The position numbers were made by a program, and so were the translations under genes. 64,000 nucleotides of DNA from Bilabrum cf. latius (lineage: Eukaryota): assembly GCA_965178125.1 (NCBI GenBank), contig OZ237774.1, positions 62,001 through 126,000 on the forward strand, written 5' to 3'. Below the pieces are notes generated by a model that saw only the letters and a list, made by a program, of their open reading frames with translations, ran no database searches and had not been told where the DNA came from. Numbering within the stretch: position 1 is the first letter of the stretch; every line of letters begins with the position of its first letter. Shown piece by piece: positions 22,770-34,377 of the stretch.

Positions 22770-25700
22770 ATGCCTGCGAAGCAGATGTCCCTCATGTCTA
22801 TGTTCGGCGCTCGCTCAGGGGTAAGCAAATCAACTAAGCCACCCACGAAATAGGAAAACGCCGCTGCCGGGCGCTCCTCCCCGCGGAGAAGCAGCCCTCG
22901 CCGAGCGAGCAAAGGTTCAAAAGATTCTCCGGCACCTGACGTGGGGTCTGCCAGCAGCTCCAAAGCGGCCGCCAAGGGCGCATCATCGAACCGCAGCAGC
23001 TCTAGTGATGATAAAATTCCCGTATAGGACGATTTGGAAACGACCATGTCCGGGGATGGCGCGGAGGAGGACCGAGAAGCAGACACGCGTAGCAGCCCAG
23101 CGGCGCTCGAGACTGGAGCAGACACGCCCGCTAGCAGTGCAAGCTCGTCATCAAACGCAGCCATGGGTAGCTATACTAGTGCTCAAGACCAAGCAGCAAG
23201 CTCCGGGCGCCGTTCCTCCCCGCGAAGAGCGCACTAGGGAGCTGCCTCGTCTACAGCTGCAGGCACCGCGACAGCTTCGGGCCCGGTAGCCGACGCTTCC
23301 AAGTCGCATGAAGGCACATTCTCGCAGGAGCTAGAGCAAGAGGCCAGCGAAACCGAGCGGGCGGCGAGGGAGCAGCAAGAGGCCGCCGCCCGCCGACTGG
23401 CCGATTTGCGTGCCATGGCGGCCGACGACCGCGAGCAGCAGTACCAGCGGGCCGTGGCCGACCTGCAGGCGATGCTCTCTAAAGCGGAACGATTCAACGC
23501 CGGCTGCGACGCGCTCGCCAGCGAGAGCCCCTTTTTGTGCAAGGAGCAGCCCGCAGGGTTCAGCGGGGGCCAGCTGCGCGACTACCAGCAAAAGGCCGTG
23601 GCGTGGCTTTCAGAGAAGCACTGGCTGGGCGAGAGCTGCATTCTGGCGGACGAAATGGGACTAGGAAAGACCGTGATGATCGCCGCATTCGTCGCTTGGA
23701 TGACGGCAGCGCCCGTGCAGGACGGCCCCGTCCTCGTGGTGGCGCCCCTGTCCACGCTCAGGAACTGGGTGAACGAATTCAGGAAATTCTGCCCGGGCGT
23801 GCCCGTGGTGGAATACCATGGCGATAAGGAGGAGCGCGCCGCCCTGAGAAGGGAGCACCTCCCGCACCTGCCCAGGTGGGCGGGGAGGGTGCCCACGAGG
23901 CCGGGGCAGCGGCCGGGGATGGGGCCTAGGCCTCCCAGGGGCAGGGGGAAAGGCAGGGGGAGGGCAAGCGGGGCATCGTCATCGTCTTCATCCTCCTCTT
24001 CATCTGCCAGCGCGGCACGCAACGAAGATGAAGACGACGAGGACGAGGACGATGTGCTGGACCCCTCGGAGCTCAAGGAAGCCAGGCAGGCCGAGAGGGA
24101 CAGGGAGGCCATGCGTGGGTGGAAGGGGGGCTAGGGGCCCGCGGCATGGACCAGGGAACACAGGAGCAACTGCCCCGTGTTCATCACCACGTACAGCATC
24201 GCGATGAACGACCGCGTGGTGCTGGGCAGGGACGCTGTTCCCTGGGGGCTGCTGGTGGTGGACGAGTCCCACCGCCTCAAAGGGGTCGACTCTAGGCTCA
24301 AGCAGGAGCTGGCGGCCTACTGCACCGCCCCCGGGCAGGGGCCTGGCACTTCGGGGGCCGGCACGATGCGCGTGATCCTGACTGGCACACCTCTGTAGAA
24401 CGACCTGCTGGAGCTGTGGTCCCTCTGCAACTTCGTGATGCCCATGATATTCGCGGACAGGGAGGCCTTCGCGTCCGTGTACGGGTTTCTTTCCCTGGAT
24501 GACGAGCAGGGGCGGGCGGACGTGAAGGCCAGGCAGGAGAGGGACCACATCGTTGGCACACTGCACAGGCTCATGGGGAGGTACGTGCTCCGGAGAACCA
24601 AGGCGGACGTGAAGCTGGCGCTGCCCCCCAAGGTGGAGTGCGTGGTGTACTGCGGGGTGAGCGAGGAGCAGAAGAGGATCGGGAGGGCCCTCGGGGGTGT
24701 GACGAGTGAGGTTGGTGGTGGGGAGGGGGAGGAGGAGGGGGGGGAGGGGGGCGAGTCGCTGGCCGGGGCGCTGGCAGGGATGGGGTGGGTGTCGCGCGAT
24801 GACATGGAGAGGGGCAGGGTGGGCGATCAGGGGGCTGGGGGTCGCGGTTTGGATGTGACGAGTGCAACGGTGAACGACTATGACCAGTCGGCATTCGTGG
24901 AGCTGGCGTCCAGCAGCGACGAGGACGAGGACGAGGACGAGGAGGACGAGAAGGCGAAGGCGAAGGCGAAGGCGGGACGGAAGGGCCGGGCGTCTTCGTC
25001 GCCATCGTAGCGCTTTGGCAAGACGGCGCCGCGCAGTCCCAGCGGAACCAAGGACCTGGCCGCAAGGGCCGCGCGACGCGTTGCACGGGGCAGGAGCGGG
25101 GTGGAGCGGCAGATCGCGGCCGAGCTGGGGCTGGGGCTGACAGCCGCGGAGGACGCTTCTGCGGAACATGACGCCGCGCAGGAGAAGCGCGCGTTAGAGA
25201 TGGCCGCTCGGCTCGGTCGTAAGCGAACGAGGAGGAGCATCAACATCAGTGGTAATGCGGGTGCTGCTCCTGCCTCCAATCAGGGGGGCGAACGGGGGGA
25301 GGAGGAGGGGGAGAAAGGAGGCAGCGGGTCCAAGTTCATGGAACTGTCCTGGTCCAGCAAGAGGGGGCGAGGGAACAAGGGGATGGGGTCCAGGGAACAA
25401 GCGGCGGATGGGACAGGTGTTGGCGGTGGTGGCAGGGGCGGGCATGGGCGCGCGGGCGGGGGCATTAACAACCTGACCATGCAGCTGCGGAAACTAAGCA
25501 ACCACCCCTTCATGTTCGGGGAGCCCAGGGAACTCGCGGAGGAAGCCGCCGCCGGGGGCCAGGGAACAGATGATCGGATCATCCGGTGCAGCGGGAAGAT
25601 GCAGGTGCTGGACTCCATGCTGCGGCAGCTGCGGGCGCGGGGGCACAAGGTGCTGATTTTCACCCAGTTCGTCCGCGTGATGGAGCTGCTTGCAGATTAC

Positions 25701-27026
25701 ATGGACTACCGCAAGGACGAGTTCGGGGGTTACTGCTACCTGGAGGGGTCCACGGGGAGGGAGGAGAGGCAGGCGCACATCGACAGGTTCAACCGTGTGA
25801 CGAGTGGGCCCATGGCGCTGGAGGCGGCTGCGGCGAGACGGGCAAAACTGCACGCGCGAGAGAAGGAGATGCAGAAGCAGAAGCAGAAGCGGAAGCTGGG
25901 GCAGGGGCGATCGGCTGGTGCAGGCGTCAGGAGCAGGGGTAGAGGGCAGGTCGCCATGGACGACGATGATGTCAATAATGAAGATGAAGACAACACCGAG
26001 GATGGTGCGGACGAGGAGGATGACGACGACGACGATGACGTGTTCTGCTTCCTTCTGTCCACCCGCGCTGGCGGGCTCGGCATCAACCTGACTGCAGCGG
26101 ACACCGTGATCATGTTCGACTCGGATTGGAACCCGCACTCCGACTCCCAGGCGGAGGACAGGGCACACAGGATCGGGCAGACGAGGCCGGTCGTGGTGTA
26201 TCGGCTGGTGACCGCGGGAGGGGTGGAGGAGAGCATGGTCAGGCGGGCCAACGGGAAGAGAGCCCTGGAGCGGATGGTGCTGCAGGAGGGCAAGTGGCTC
26301 CGGGACAGGATGGAGGGTGTGGCGAGTGATGGTGTGACGAGTGAGGACGAGGGCACCAGCAAGAAGAGGCGCAGAACAGAGGCAGGGGCCGGGAGCTCGG
26401 CCGGATCGACTGCCCCTGCTGCTGCTGCTGCCTCTGCTGCCAGCGGTGCAGCTACACCCAGCACCAGCACCAATGGCACCGGCAGTGCAGGGGTCAAGGG
26501 AACAAGCAGCAGCGCGGGCGGTGAGGAAGCGGTCCCCATCGCCCCTGAGCTGAAGATCGACAGGCACCTGCTGGAGCGCTGGCTCAGGTTCGACCTCAGG
26601 GGGGACGGGTCCCAGGCGGCCGCTGCCAATGGGATCACCGACCGGGAGCTGGCTGTGGTGTGCGATCGGCAGTGCGCCATGCAGGCGGGTGCAAGGCTGC
26701 TGGTGGAGGTGGAGGGGGAGGAGGGGGCGAGGGCGGCGGGGGCTGGGCCGTGGCTGCAGCAGCTGGGGGCAAGGGATGGGGAGAATGGGGAGGAGGAGCA
26801 AGGGGATGGAGCAGGTGCTCGGAGCTCGATTGGTCGCAAGTCATCTCCAAGGCGCAAGGCAGCTGCAGGCAAGGGCAGGGGCAGGGGCAAGTCATCGGCA
26901 GGGGGTATTGAAACCAAGCCGTTGGCGGGTGATCGTGGCGGTGCTGTCCCCGTGATGGGGGCGGGGTACGAGTTCGTGTGCCACAGCACCGCGCATCTGG
27001 ATGGCCTAGGGCAAGGGGGACCGTGA
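22770..27026 (+). CDS. SNF2-family chromatin-remodelling ATPase (LSH/HELLS/DDM1-like), about 1418 aa; 6 in-frame TAGs
   Basis: One frame runs from ATG 22770 to TGA 27024-27026 with TAG at 22851, 23025, 23235, 24132, 24396 and 25008. Motifs are LRDYQ, ILADEMGLGKT, VVDESHRLK, LTGTPL[TAG]NDLLELWSL, MQLRKLSNHPF, SGKMQVLD, FLLSTRAGGLGINLTAADTV, DSDWNP and EDRAHRIGQ. Confidence 0.92.
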
Positions 27027-27186
27027 GAAGGATCCATTCGGTACATGCCATCTTGGATCTGAAGCACCTTGGACACGATATGTCATGATGATATCTGCGA
27101 TAAACGCTGGAACACCTCTGTGTCGTCGCCTTCCCACTGCTCTGCCTCCTTGGGCGTCAATCGAGGCCAGTCAGGTCACTGCCGCT

Positions 27187-27244
27187 GATTCAGGATTCAG
27201 GATTCAGGATCCAGGATTCAGGATTCAGGATTCAGGATTCAGGA
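27187..27244 (+). repeat. 7-bp tandem repeat (GATTCAG), about 8 copies, in the convergent 3' intergenic region
   Basis: It is directly visible, with one variant unit GATCCAG. Confidence 0.9.
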
Positions 27245-27290
27245 CTCACTCGTACACCGAGATGCAATCGTACTCGGATCCGATGCAGGG

Positions 27291-28429
27291 TCAACCCTGC
27301 GCATGCTCAAGCAGCTCAACGCACTCGTCATGCCCCCCCAATCTAGCTGCCTCTAGCGGACCCACCACCTTAATGCCGCCCGCCCCGTCCTCCACCTCGC
27401 CCTCCATCTCCAGCCCGCCCGCCAGCTTGCCCAGCCTCAGCCTCCTGGCCAGCTCCATGGGCCTGCCCTCACTCGCTGCCCTGAACACCAGCCTTGCGTC
27501 CGTTTGAGCGTCGCGAGCTATGCGCCAGCGCAACACACAAGCCACTCTTGGTCGGACAAACTGCCGAATCTTTGCTGCAGTTAACGGGTGCTTGCTCGTC
27601 TCCGCAAGCTCGGCAGGGGTCATACCTTCCTGTGCTGCATCGGGAGCGGCACAATCACGATGTCACTGTGCATGCTAGCAGCTACCAACCTCAAAAAGCT
27701 ACAATCAATATCCATCTACAGCAAACAATGCTTGCAGCGAATGGAGCCTTACACTGTTTAAGGCTGATTTCAAAGCCCCGGCATCCAGTAGCACACCGGC
27801 GCACCTGGTGTGGCCCCAGTATGCAGCCACATGTAGCGGACTCAATCCACACTGCGAGAGAATGATGCTGCCCTCCGATTATTTTAAAAATGGTCTGCAA
27901 TGTGCCCATGTGCCAGTGGTGCCTGATACACAGAGAATCCGATTGAAAGCTGGCGCACTGCTGTGGCACGCGACCCTCACACTGTCAGAAATATTCACAT
28001 CAGCGCCTGCCTGAACAAGCACACGCAAGCAGCTAAGGTCTTTGTTGGATACTGCCCAATGGGCAGCGCTCAAACCATCCTATGGAATTTAAACGGCTAG
28101 CAGCTGAGGCAATGGGACGATAAGAACACTCTTAAGGAACCCGTATGGCCATATGGCAATACTGGGTGGGCAAAATGCGAGTATAGCTACTGTTCCATTA
28201 CAGTTATGGTAGGGCGGCCGCGGCATCTAACATCATCGAGAGAATTTACGTTTGCACCACCCTGTATTACGTCTGTCATCACATCAGCTTCAAAGCCATG
28301 CTCCGCGCACAATATGAGCTGTTTGTCCCTGCGATACAAATATCGGCAAATGATTCTTGTGAACTCGGTCGCTTTTTGGCTGATTGGGAAACGATACAAG
28401 GCGGACGACATGCAATGTGCAACTCACAT
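27291..28429 (-). CDS. Ankyrin-repeat protein with the shared C-terminal module (copy 4)
   Basis: Exons are 28429-28428 (AT), 28328-28232, 28079-27981 (99 nt, DGLSAAHWAV), 27851-27753 (99 nt, CGLSPLHVAAYWGH) and 27629-27291 (module, TGA). Confidence 0.78.
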
Positions 28430-28685
28430 GCTGGATCCACAGACGTCAAGCTAATATCACAAAAAACGGGCGGCAAACTGTGGTATTGCAAATGATAAAA
28501 TGTTCTCTTATGGATCTATCGGTATCAGGGTCGCCCACCGAGCAGGACTGATACATGTGCTCCCTCTCGTCACGATCCTGGTATACAGTTCGTCCTGGTG
28601 TGCTCCAGCCTGTTCATCTGCCCACTTGCTGCACCCATCCATGCAATCGCATTTATATTAAAACTAGAGCGAGTGTGGCTGAAGC

Positions 28686-29603
28686 ATGGCTGGAACCGTT
28701 AGTAGTGATGCAGCCGCTCCATCCACAACGGCGGAAGATGTTTTCTTTTTGCGCGTATCTGCCTAGCTAGCCAGGAATTGCGCGTCTGCTGCAACCGCCT
28801 ATGATGTTGGATGCGTCATTACCGCACCTACGCCGGTGGATGGGCGCGCAGTCGACCGCGATGATATGCTCCTGAAAGCCTGCAACGCAGCGGCAGAGCC
28901 TCCAATCGCTGGCTTGGCTCCCAGCGCAACCCCCGAAACACTCTTCAGCCGAATCATATCGTGGGGATACAGCCGCGAGCTGCCCGGAAACACGCACGCG
29001 GAGGAGTGCGCCCTCCTGAAACTCGGCCTGGGCGCCGTGGAGCAGGACGGGAAGGACGGGAAGGACGAGCACGACGAGCAAGTGAGCGCGCCACCGACAG
29101 ACGCACTTGGGGCAGGTGCTCCATCAGGTGCGAAGAGCAAGGCAGCAGAATCGCCTGACCCAGATGCACCTACCACTTCAGGAGCTGGCGCGCACGCCAC
29201 CGTCGAATCCACCGTCCCAGCATCGAGCCATGGGGGGGGGCACCTCGCCCCGGTTGCAACCGTCTACACGAGCATGGAGCCATGTTCCCTGCGGCTTAGC
29301 GGACGACCCCCGTGCACGGACCGGCTGCTCGCATGCCGCGCCCGGAGAGTGGTGGTCGCTGTCCCGGAGCCGCCCAAGTTCGTGGCAGCGTGCGAGGGGA
29401 CCGTTCGGCTGCGGGCTGGTGGGTGCGAGGTGCTGTACGGGTGTGACGAGTGCGCTGCCGAGTGGGCGCGGGAGGTCAACGCGCACCACGCACCCAGCGT
29501 GAAGCCTCCTGCTGTTGGGGCAGGGGCAGGGGCAGGGGCTGGACCTGGTGCTTCGGGCGGCAAGGGGGTGCTAAAGGGAGAGGGGAAGGGGAAGGGGGAA
29601 TGA
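28686..29603 (+). CDS. Zinc-dependent pyrimidine deaminase (RIB2/RibD-type deaminase domain); 1 in-frame TAG
   Basis: It reads MAGTVSS...EDVFFLRVSA[TAG 28764]LARNCASAATAYDVGCVI, then GYSRELPGNTHAEECAL (HAE), then VYTSMEPCSLRLSGRPPCTDRLL (PCx9C), and ends at TGA. Confidence 0.85.
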
Positions 29604-29746
29604 AGTAGCCTGTGGGCATGGGCATGAGTAAGAGTATGGACCGTTTCAAGACAGTTGATGCGCACGAACATCAATATTCTATCATGCCACAAGAGTGGAA
29701 GGAGCTGCGACCAAACTGTGCGACCACCTGGTTGCAACCTTATTCA

Positions 29747-29758
29747 TTGGTTACAACC
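29747..29758 (+). promoter_or_regulatory. Candidate promoter element TTGGTTACAACC
   Basis: The identical 12-mer starts 106 nt upstream of ATG 29853 and also lies upstream of two other genes. Confidence 0.5.
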
Positions 29759-29852
29759 GGGATTGCACAAAGCCGGACGCTGGCTCCAGTACGCCTTCGT
29801 GCACCTTTGGCAGTTGCAAGGAGTTAATTGTCCACATTGTGCAAGTGAAACA

Positions 29853-32204
29853 ATGAGAACGATAAGCGCTCTAATCTTTGCAGCGGCTGCTGCCTGTCTG
29901 CTTCCGACCTCTTGGGCTGTCGGGCATGAGAGGCGCGGCGTGCTTCGCAGGAACCGGCACCAGGCCGACACCACCGCCAAAGGCAAGTCTTCCGGCCCAT
30001 CCAAGGATAAAATGGTTGAATCGCACTATGATACTCTTACGGAGAGCCTTGGCCTAACGGAGGACCCGAGTGACGAGCAGGAAGCACTGCTTCCGATGGT
30101 CATGCATGGCCTGGACATCGATCAGGACGATAGCGTCAGAGCGGTGCTTGGGCCCGAGCTACTTGAGGCATTTATGATCCCAATGCGCGAGCGCGGAATC
30201 GTGGCGAGCACGTACGCCAAGACCTTCCAGCTGCTGCTCAACGGGAAGAGCGAGAAGGCCGTCCTCCCCGCAACGAGAGCCAAAGGGCTCGTCCCTCAAT
30301 TCTTCCCGGCCGCAATCGCAAACCTCGACAAGCAGTCCGGATACGCGGACGAATATCTTGACGATATCATCGCAGGCAGCAGCACTCTCATGGATGGCAT
30401 CAAGAACCCGGGGAAATTCATGTACATCAAAGCGAAGCACACCACTCCCGTGGGCGAGCGAGCGCTCGACAAGGAAGCCGATTTCCTATCCGACGTGAAA
30501 GTCTTCCAGGACACGTCTTACCTCAAGCTGACGGCAGACGGCACCAAGTACGTGGCGTTCAAGGACCCCGCCGACCCTTCCAAGGGCACTGTGGAGAAGC
30601 CCGTCAACTTCATGGATATTGCCAGCATGGAGGCGGATGGGGTGGCCATGACTTCAAAGGAGGCGCAGGAGAGCGCGCTGATGATCCAGAAAGCAGGGAA
30701 CGAGGTCGTCAGGGCCATCGCCGAGTCGATCACGGGCAAGGACAAGGACGGCAAGACCAGCCAGCGCAAGTCGCCCCCCAAGATGATGATGAAGGCGGCC
30801 GCAGTGGCAGTCGAGGCGCAGTGCAGCGACGACTCCGTCCACAAAGACTATCTCTGCAACAGCGCCACTGACTTCGAGAAGCTCAACGGCATTCGCCACC
30901 CCGAGTACTACATTCCGGTGCAGAACGCCCTGCTCCGGGGCCCTCTCGCCGACCTGTGTAAGAGGGTGATCGAGACCAGCAGGCAGCACCTCAGGGAGCA
31001 GCTGAGCGGGGGAAAGGATCAGGGCAAAGAGCAGGAGCAGGAGCAGAGCGAGGATCAGGATCAGGATCAGGACCAGCAGCAGGGCGGGGATGGCGAGCAG
31101 GCCGAGGAGTCCGAGGACGAGGAGCTGACCGAGGACCAGCAGCAAGCTCTGGAAGCACGATCCGCTGTGGTGCAGCAGCAGTGCGCCTACATCTCTGCCC
31201 ACGCGCAGGCAATCTTCACCGGCAAGGTGGACGGCAGCCGCATCAAGACGGACCCCGTATTTGCTTCATCGCCAGAGACCATGGAGGAATTCATGACGAA
31301 GAAACCCGACGATGTCGAGGCCGCAGGTGGGAACAGCCGCGTGATCGCCGTGTACTCCCGTAAGCTCATGAACGAGTTCATCACGAAGGGCAAGGGCGTG
31401 GTTGAGCCCAAGCTCGAGTCAACCAAGAAGGGCAAGGAGAGCTTCCTGGACATCTTCACCACACTCGTGCCCGTGGACAGAATCAAAGCCATCACGGACG
31501 GCACGATCGAGAGCAGCAAGATCATGTTCCCCACGCTGAAGGACAAGGAAAATGACGTGATGAAGAAGCTGCAATCATTCGCGGACCAGTACGAGAAGGT
31601 CCACAGCTGGTCCCGGGCCCTGACCCGAGCCGTGATGGCGACGGAGGTCAAGAAGGTCGCTAGGCGCAAGGGGGTCAAGCCCCAGGCCAGGAGCGTGTTC
31701 ATCACCCCGACCCACATGGTGTACGACAAGACGAAAGGCGAGCTAACCAAGAGCATCGCTGGCGGCAATTTGGACCAGGACCAGCTGGCTGCAGCCGTCG
31801 TGGGCTTGGGCGAGGAGAAGAAAACGATCGATTTCAAAAAGTACGTGCCCCCCACGACCCAAAAGGAGAAACAGGATGCCATCAAGAACATGAAGAAGCG
31901 CGGCAAGTGCTACTTCAAGAAGTGGGAGTTCGGGACGGAGGAGCAGTGCAAGCAGAAGGCCAAGGAAGGGGAATCCTGCATCGTGATCCACGCCTACTGC
32001 CTCAAGTCCTCCACGTTCTTCGGCAAGCGCAAGGACAAATCGGGCGACGAGGAGCTGGTGTTCATTGGGCCGCAGGAGAACATCAAGGCCATCTCGTGCG
32101 CGCTGGCACTCAACACCGCAGAAGACCCGGAGGCGTGGGCGGCGTCCGTCGGGGCGCAGACCTGCAAGGAGGTCAAGTACGACCAGGTCGCCCTCTCCAA
32201 CTGA
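29853..32204 (+). CDS. Orphan secreted protein, 783 aa, Lys/Glu/Asp-rich with Cys in the C-terminal region
   Basis: It has a signal-peptide-like start (MRTISALIFAAAAACLLPTSWA), is intronless, shows strong C/G-ending codon bias, has no TAG and ends at TGA. I recognised no family. Confidence 0.85.
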   Translation: MRTISALIFAAAAACLLPTSWAVGHERRGVLRRNRHQADTTAKGKSSGPSKDKMVESHYDTLTESLGLTEDPSDEQEALLPMVMHGLDIDQDDSVRAVLGPELLEAFMIPMRERGIVASTYAKTFQLLLNGKSEKAVLPATRAKGLVPQFFPAAIANLDKQSGYADEYLDDIIAGSSTLMDGIKNPGKFMYIKAKHTTPVGERALDKEADFLSDVKVFQDTSYLKLTADGTKYVAFKDPADPSKGTVEKPVNFMDIASMEADGVAMTSKEAQESALMIQKAGNEVVRAIAESITGKDKDGKTSQRKSPPKMMMKAAAVAVEAQCSDDSVHKDYLCNSATDFEKLNGIRHPEYYIPVQNALLRGPLADLCKRVIETSRQHLREQLSGGKDQGKEQEQEQSEDQDQDQDQQQGGDGEQAEESEDEELTEDQQQALEARSAVVQQQCAYISAHAQAIFTGKVDGSRIKTDPVFASSPETMEEFMTKKPDDVEAAGGNSRVIAVYSRKLMNEFITKGKGVVEPKLESTKKGKESFLDIFTTLVPVDRIKAITDGTIESSKIMFPTLKDKENDVMKKLQSFADQYEKVHSWSRALTRAVMATEVKKVARRKGVKPQARSVFITPTHMVYDKTKGELTKSIAGGNLDQDQLAAAVVGLGEEKKTIDFKKYVPPTTQKEKQDAIKNMKKRGKCYFKKWEFGTEEQCKQKAKEGESCIVIHAYCLKSSTFFGKRKDKSGDEELVFIGPQENIKAISCALALNTAEDPEAWAASVGAQTCKEVKYDQVALSN

Positions 32205-32680
32205 TTGGCGCGAGTGGGGGACGGGGGGTTGAGTGGGGGACGGGGGGTCGGATCAGGGATCGGCTTCTGATGCCTGCTCCGGATGTGTTTCATTTTGGTG
32301 TGCGCGTGCACCTGCGTAGCCTCGTGTGTCAGGGGATGGAATCATCAAGAGATCGGATCGTCCGTTGGCGGCGGTTGAGGCCCCTGGCTATGACGGGTTG
32401 CTTGCGGTCCCCTTGGGAGTCGTGACGGCACAGAGGTCGGGGGTAGGGTGGAAAGGAAACTTGCGTTGAGCTGCTGTGGTTGCTGCACAGAAGCGCGCTT
32501 TGCTGTTGGTTAAATTCATGCTGGACTAGTCATTATTCCCAGCGATCGATCAGTCAACCCAATTGAAGCGAACATTTCCGGATTGGACGTTTTGGACTAT
32601 AGGGGTATGGTTGGATCCTAGGCTAGATCCATGGATAGATGGCAGGGGTACAACTCGAATGTATACTATTGCAACGAAGG

Positions 32681-34023
32681 TCATGTTCCATGCACCCCAG
32701 ACCGCCTCACCACACTCACTGGATCCCGGAACGCAAACTCACCCTCCGCTCCCGCCCCGCTCGAAGCACCCCCACTTGCCCCATCGCCGCCATCACCGCC
32801 AGCACCGGCGCCGCTCTTCCCGATCACGGCCGGCGCCGCGGTAACGACCTTCACTCCCGAGCCCAAGCGGAACCTCCTAAGCATCTCCCCCTCCAAATCG
32901 TGCGTCTCGCCCACCAGCACCAGAGAGTGCAGAGGCGGCCCCAGCTCATCCCCCGCCCGGCCGCTCGTCCCCGGCCCCTCCCCCTCACCGTCCTCGCCAT
33001 CTCCATCTGGTTTGCCAGCCCCTGGAGCGGGCGCCAGCATGTCATCGAGGCTGGCGAATCCAGGCGCCGCGCCATCGGCCGGCGGAACCTCCGCCGCGTC
33101 CTCCTCCTCGTTGGATCCGTCCAGTTTGGCCATGTCCCTGAGCGTGGCGGCCACGATCTTCTGCGACGGCTGTCCAATCCTGCACACAGCCACGCACATG
33201 GTATCACCTGTGACTGCCGGGTTGAATGCAGCCCCCTAGCCCACACCCTCGCCCTCGCCCTCACCTACACCTGCCTTCTCACCTGCCTGTTCCTCATCCC
33301 CCCCTGCACCGCCCTCCACCAGCTCTAGGATCTGCCTCGCTGCCCGCGCGGCCGTCATGAACCTGGGCGGCAGGAACTGCTCCTTGCCTCGCATCATCGC
33401 CTCCATGTCGGGCTCTTTGGTTTTGATATCCAGCAGGCACAGGGTGTGCAGGCCCAGCTTGCGGTTGTCGAGTGCCTTGTCAAGCCAAGAAGAAGGGCGC
33501 CACGTGCCCCTGAAAAATGGGATGGACACCGTCTCCCCGAAACGGTACAGCTGCAAGCCGCACGAGGCGACGGCGTTCATGATGCTCGCGTTGTGAATTA
33601 CGTGAACATCAATGCCCTCGTCCAAGGCACGAATGGCGAAATCTGTGTGGGTAGTGGCACACAATGCGTCACCGACAACGAGGAACGCAACGGTCTTTCC
33701 CTCCCTAGCTGGCGCAAGAATCGTCTCAGACGCGCTCTCCACCACGCCCCGGTCCGCCAGCTCCACCTTCTTCCCGTAAGTCTTTTCCTGCGCAAGAATA
33801 TATTAAAAATAGTCTGGGCTACTCTATTCGCTTCGGATGCAGCAACATCAACTCTTTCAGGCGATGCAGTGTCCGAGATTCTCACAAGTGCAGCAACGTC
33901 AACTCCGAGCACGCTCGTGTACATTTCCAAAAACACACGGTCCGCCGCCTTGATTGCCTCAGCCCCCTTGATAGTGATATCTTTATGATCTCCTAGCCCA
34001 AGACCGATCATGTAGAGCGACAT
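32681..34023 (-). CDS. DPH5: Diphthine methyl ester synthase DPH5; 1 in-frame TAG
   Basis: Exon 1 (34023-33886) encodes MSLYMIGLGLGDHKDITIKG..VFLEMYTS. Intron 33885-33788. Motifs are VVGDALCATTHTD, HNASIMNAVASCGLQLYRFGETVSIPFF and GLHTLCLLDIK. After TAG 33236-33238 the frame continues with CVAVCRIG...GPPLHSLVLVG to TGA 32681-32683. Confidence 0.93.
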
Positions 34024-34290
34024 GCTGGAAGGAGCTAACTCTTTGCAGCGGACAACTGCAGGTGCAACTCCTGCTTCTCATGTGACAAATGTAACTCCGG
34101 ATCTGATCCGGTTTAGGCCTAATCAATCGCCTGCAGCTTACCATACATACAACAGGCGAAGTAAAGCTGGTAAGTGTATCAAATATAATAGATATTGTTG
34201 GCAAGTACGATCATTCCTGCAGTATCGAATCCGGTCGTGTCCACCACTTGGCAATAATGGATTATTCAATACTGCACCCTACAATAATAT

Positions 34291-34302
34291 TTGGTTACAA
34301 CC
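34291..34302 (+). promoter_or_regulatory. Candidate promoter element TTGGTTACAACC
   Basis: It starts 87 nt upstream of the IDH ATG, in the DPH5/IDH divergent intergenic region. Confidence 0.5.
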
Positions 34303-34377
34303 GCTGGAAATGGGTCGCGCGGCGATCGCTCGAGAAGTCGCGATTCTGCAGTTTTTATCATCGCTCGCGAATAAGCC

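Noticed and set aside
24396-24398. Pyrrolysine insertion or A-to-I editing (UAG to UGG, Trp) as the explanation
   Set aside because: The conserved residues at diagnostic sites are Gln, not Trp or Lys, and TAGs occur in many unrelated eukaryotic genes. Editing to CAG cannot be excluded without RNA data but is less parsimonious.
22770-27026. Reading TAG-interrupted genes as pseudogenes or sequencing errors
   Set aside because: Interruptions are only ever TAG, never TAA, TGA or frameshifts. They affect conserved genes such as DPH5, SNF2 and RBM34, fall on conserved Gln sites and are shared between paralogs.
27187-27244. Interstitial telomeric repeat
   Set aside because: The GATTCAG unit lacks the G-run of typical telomere repeats and the tract is short, so I treated it as a microsatellite.
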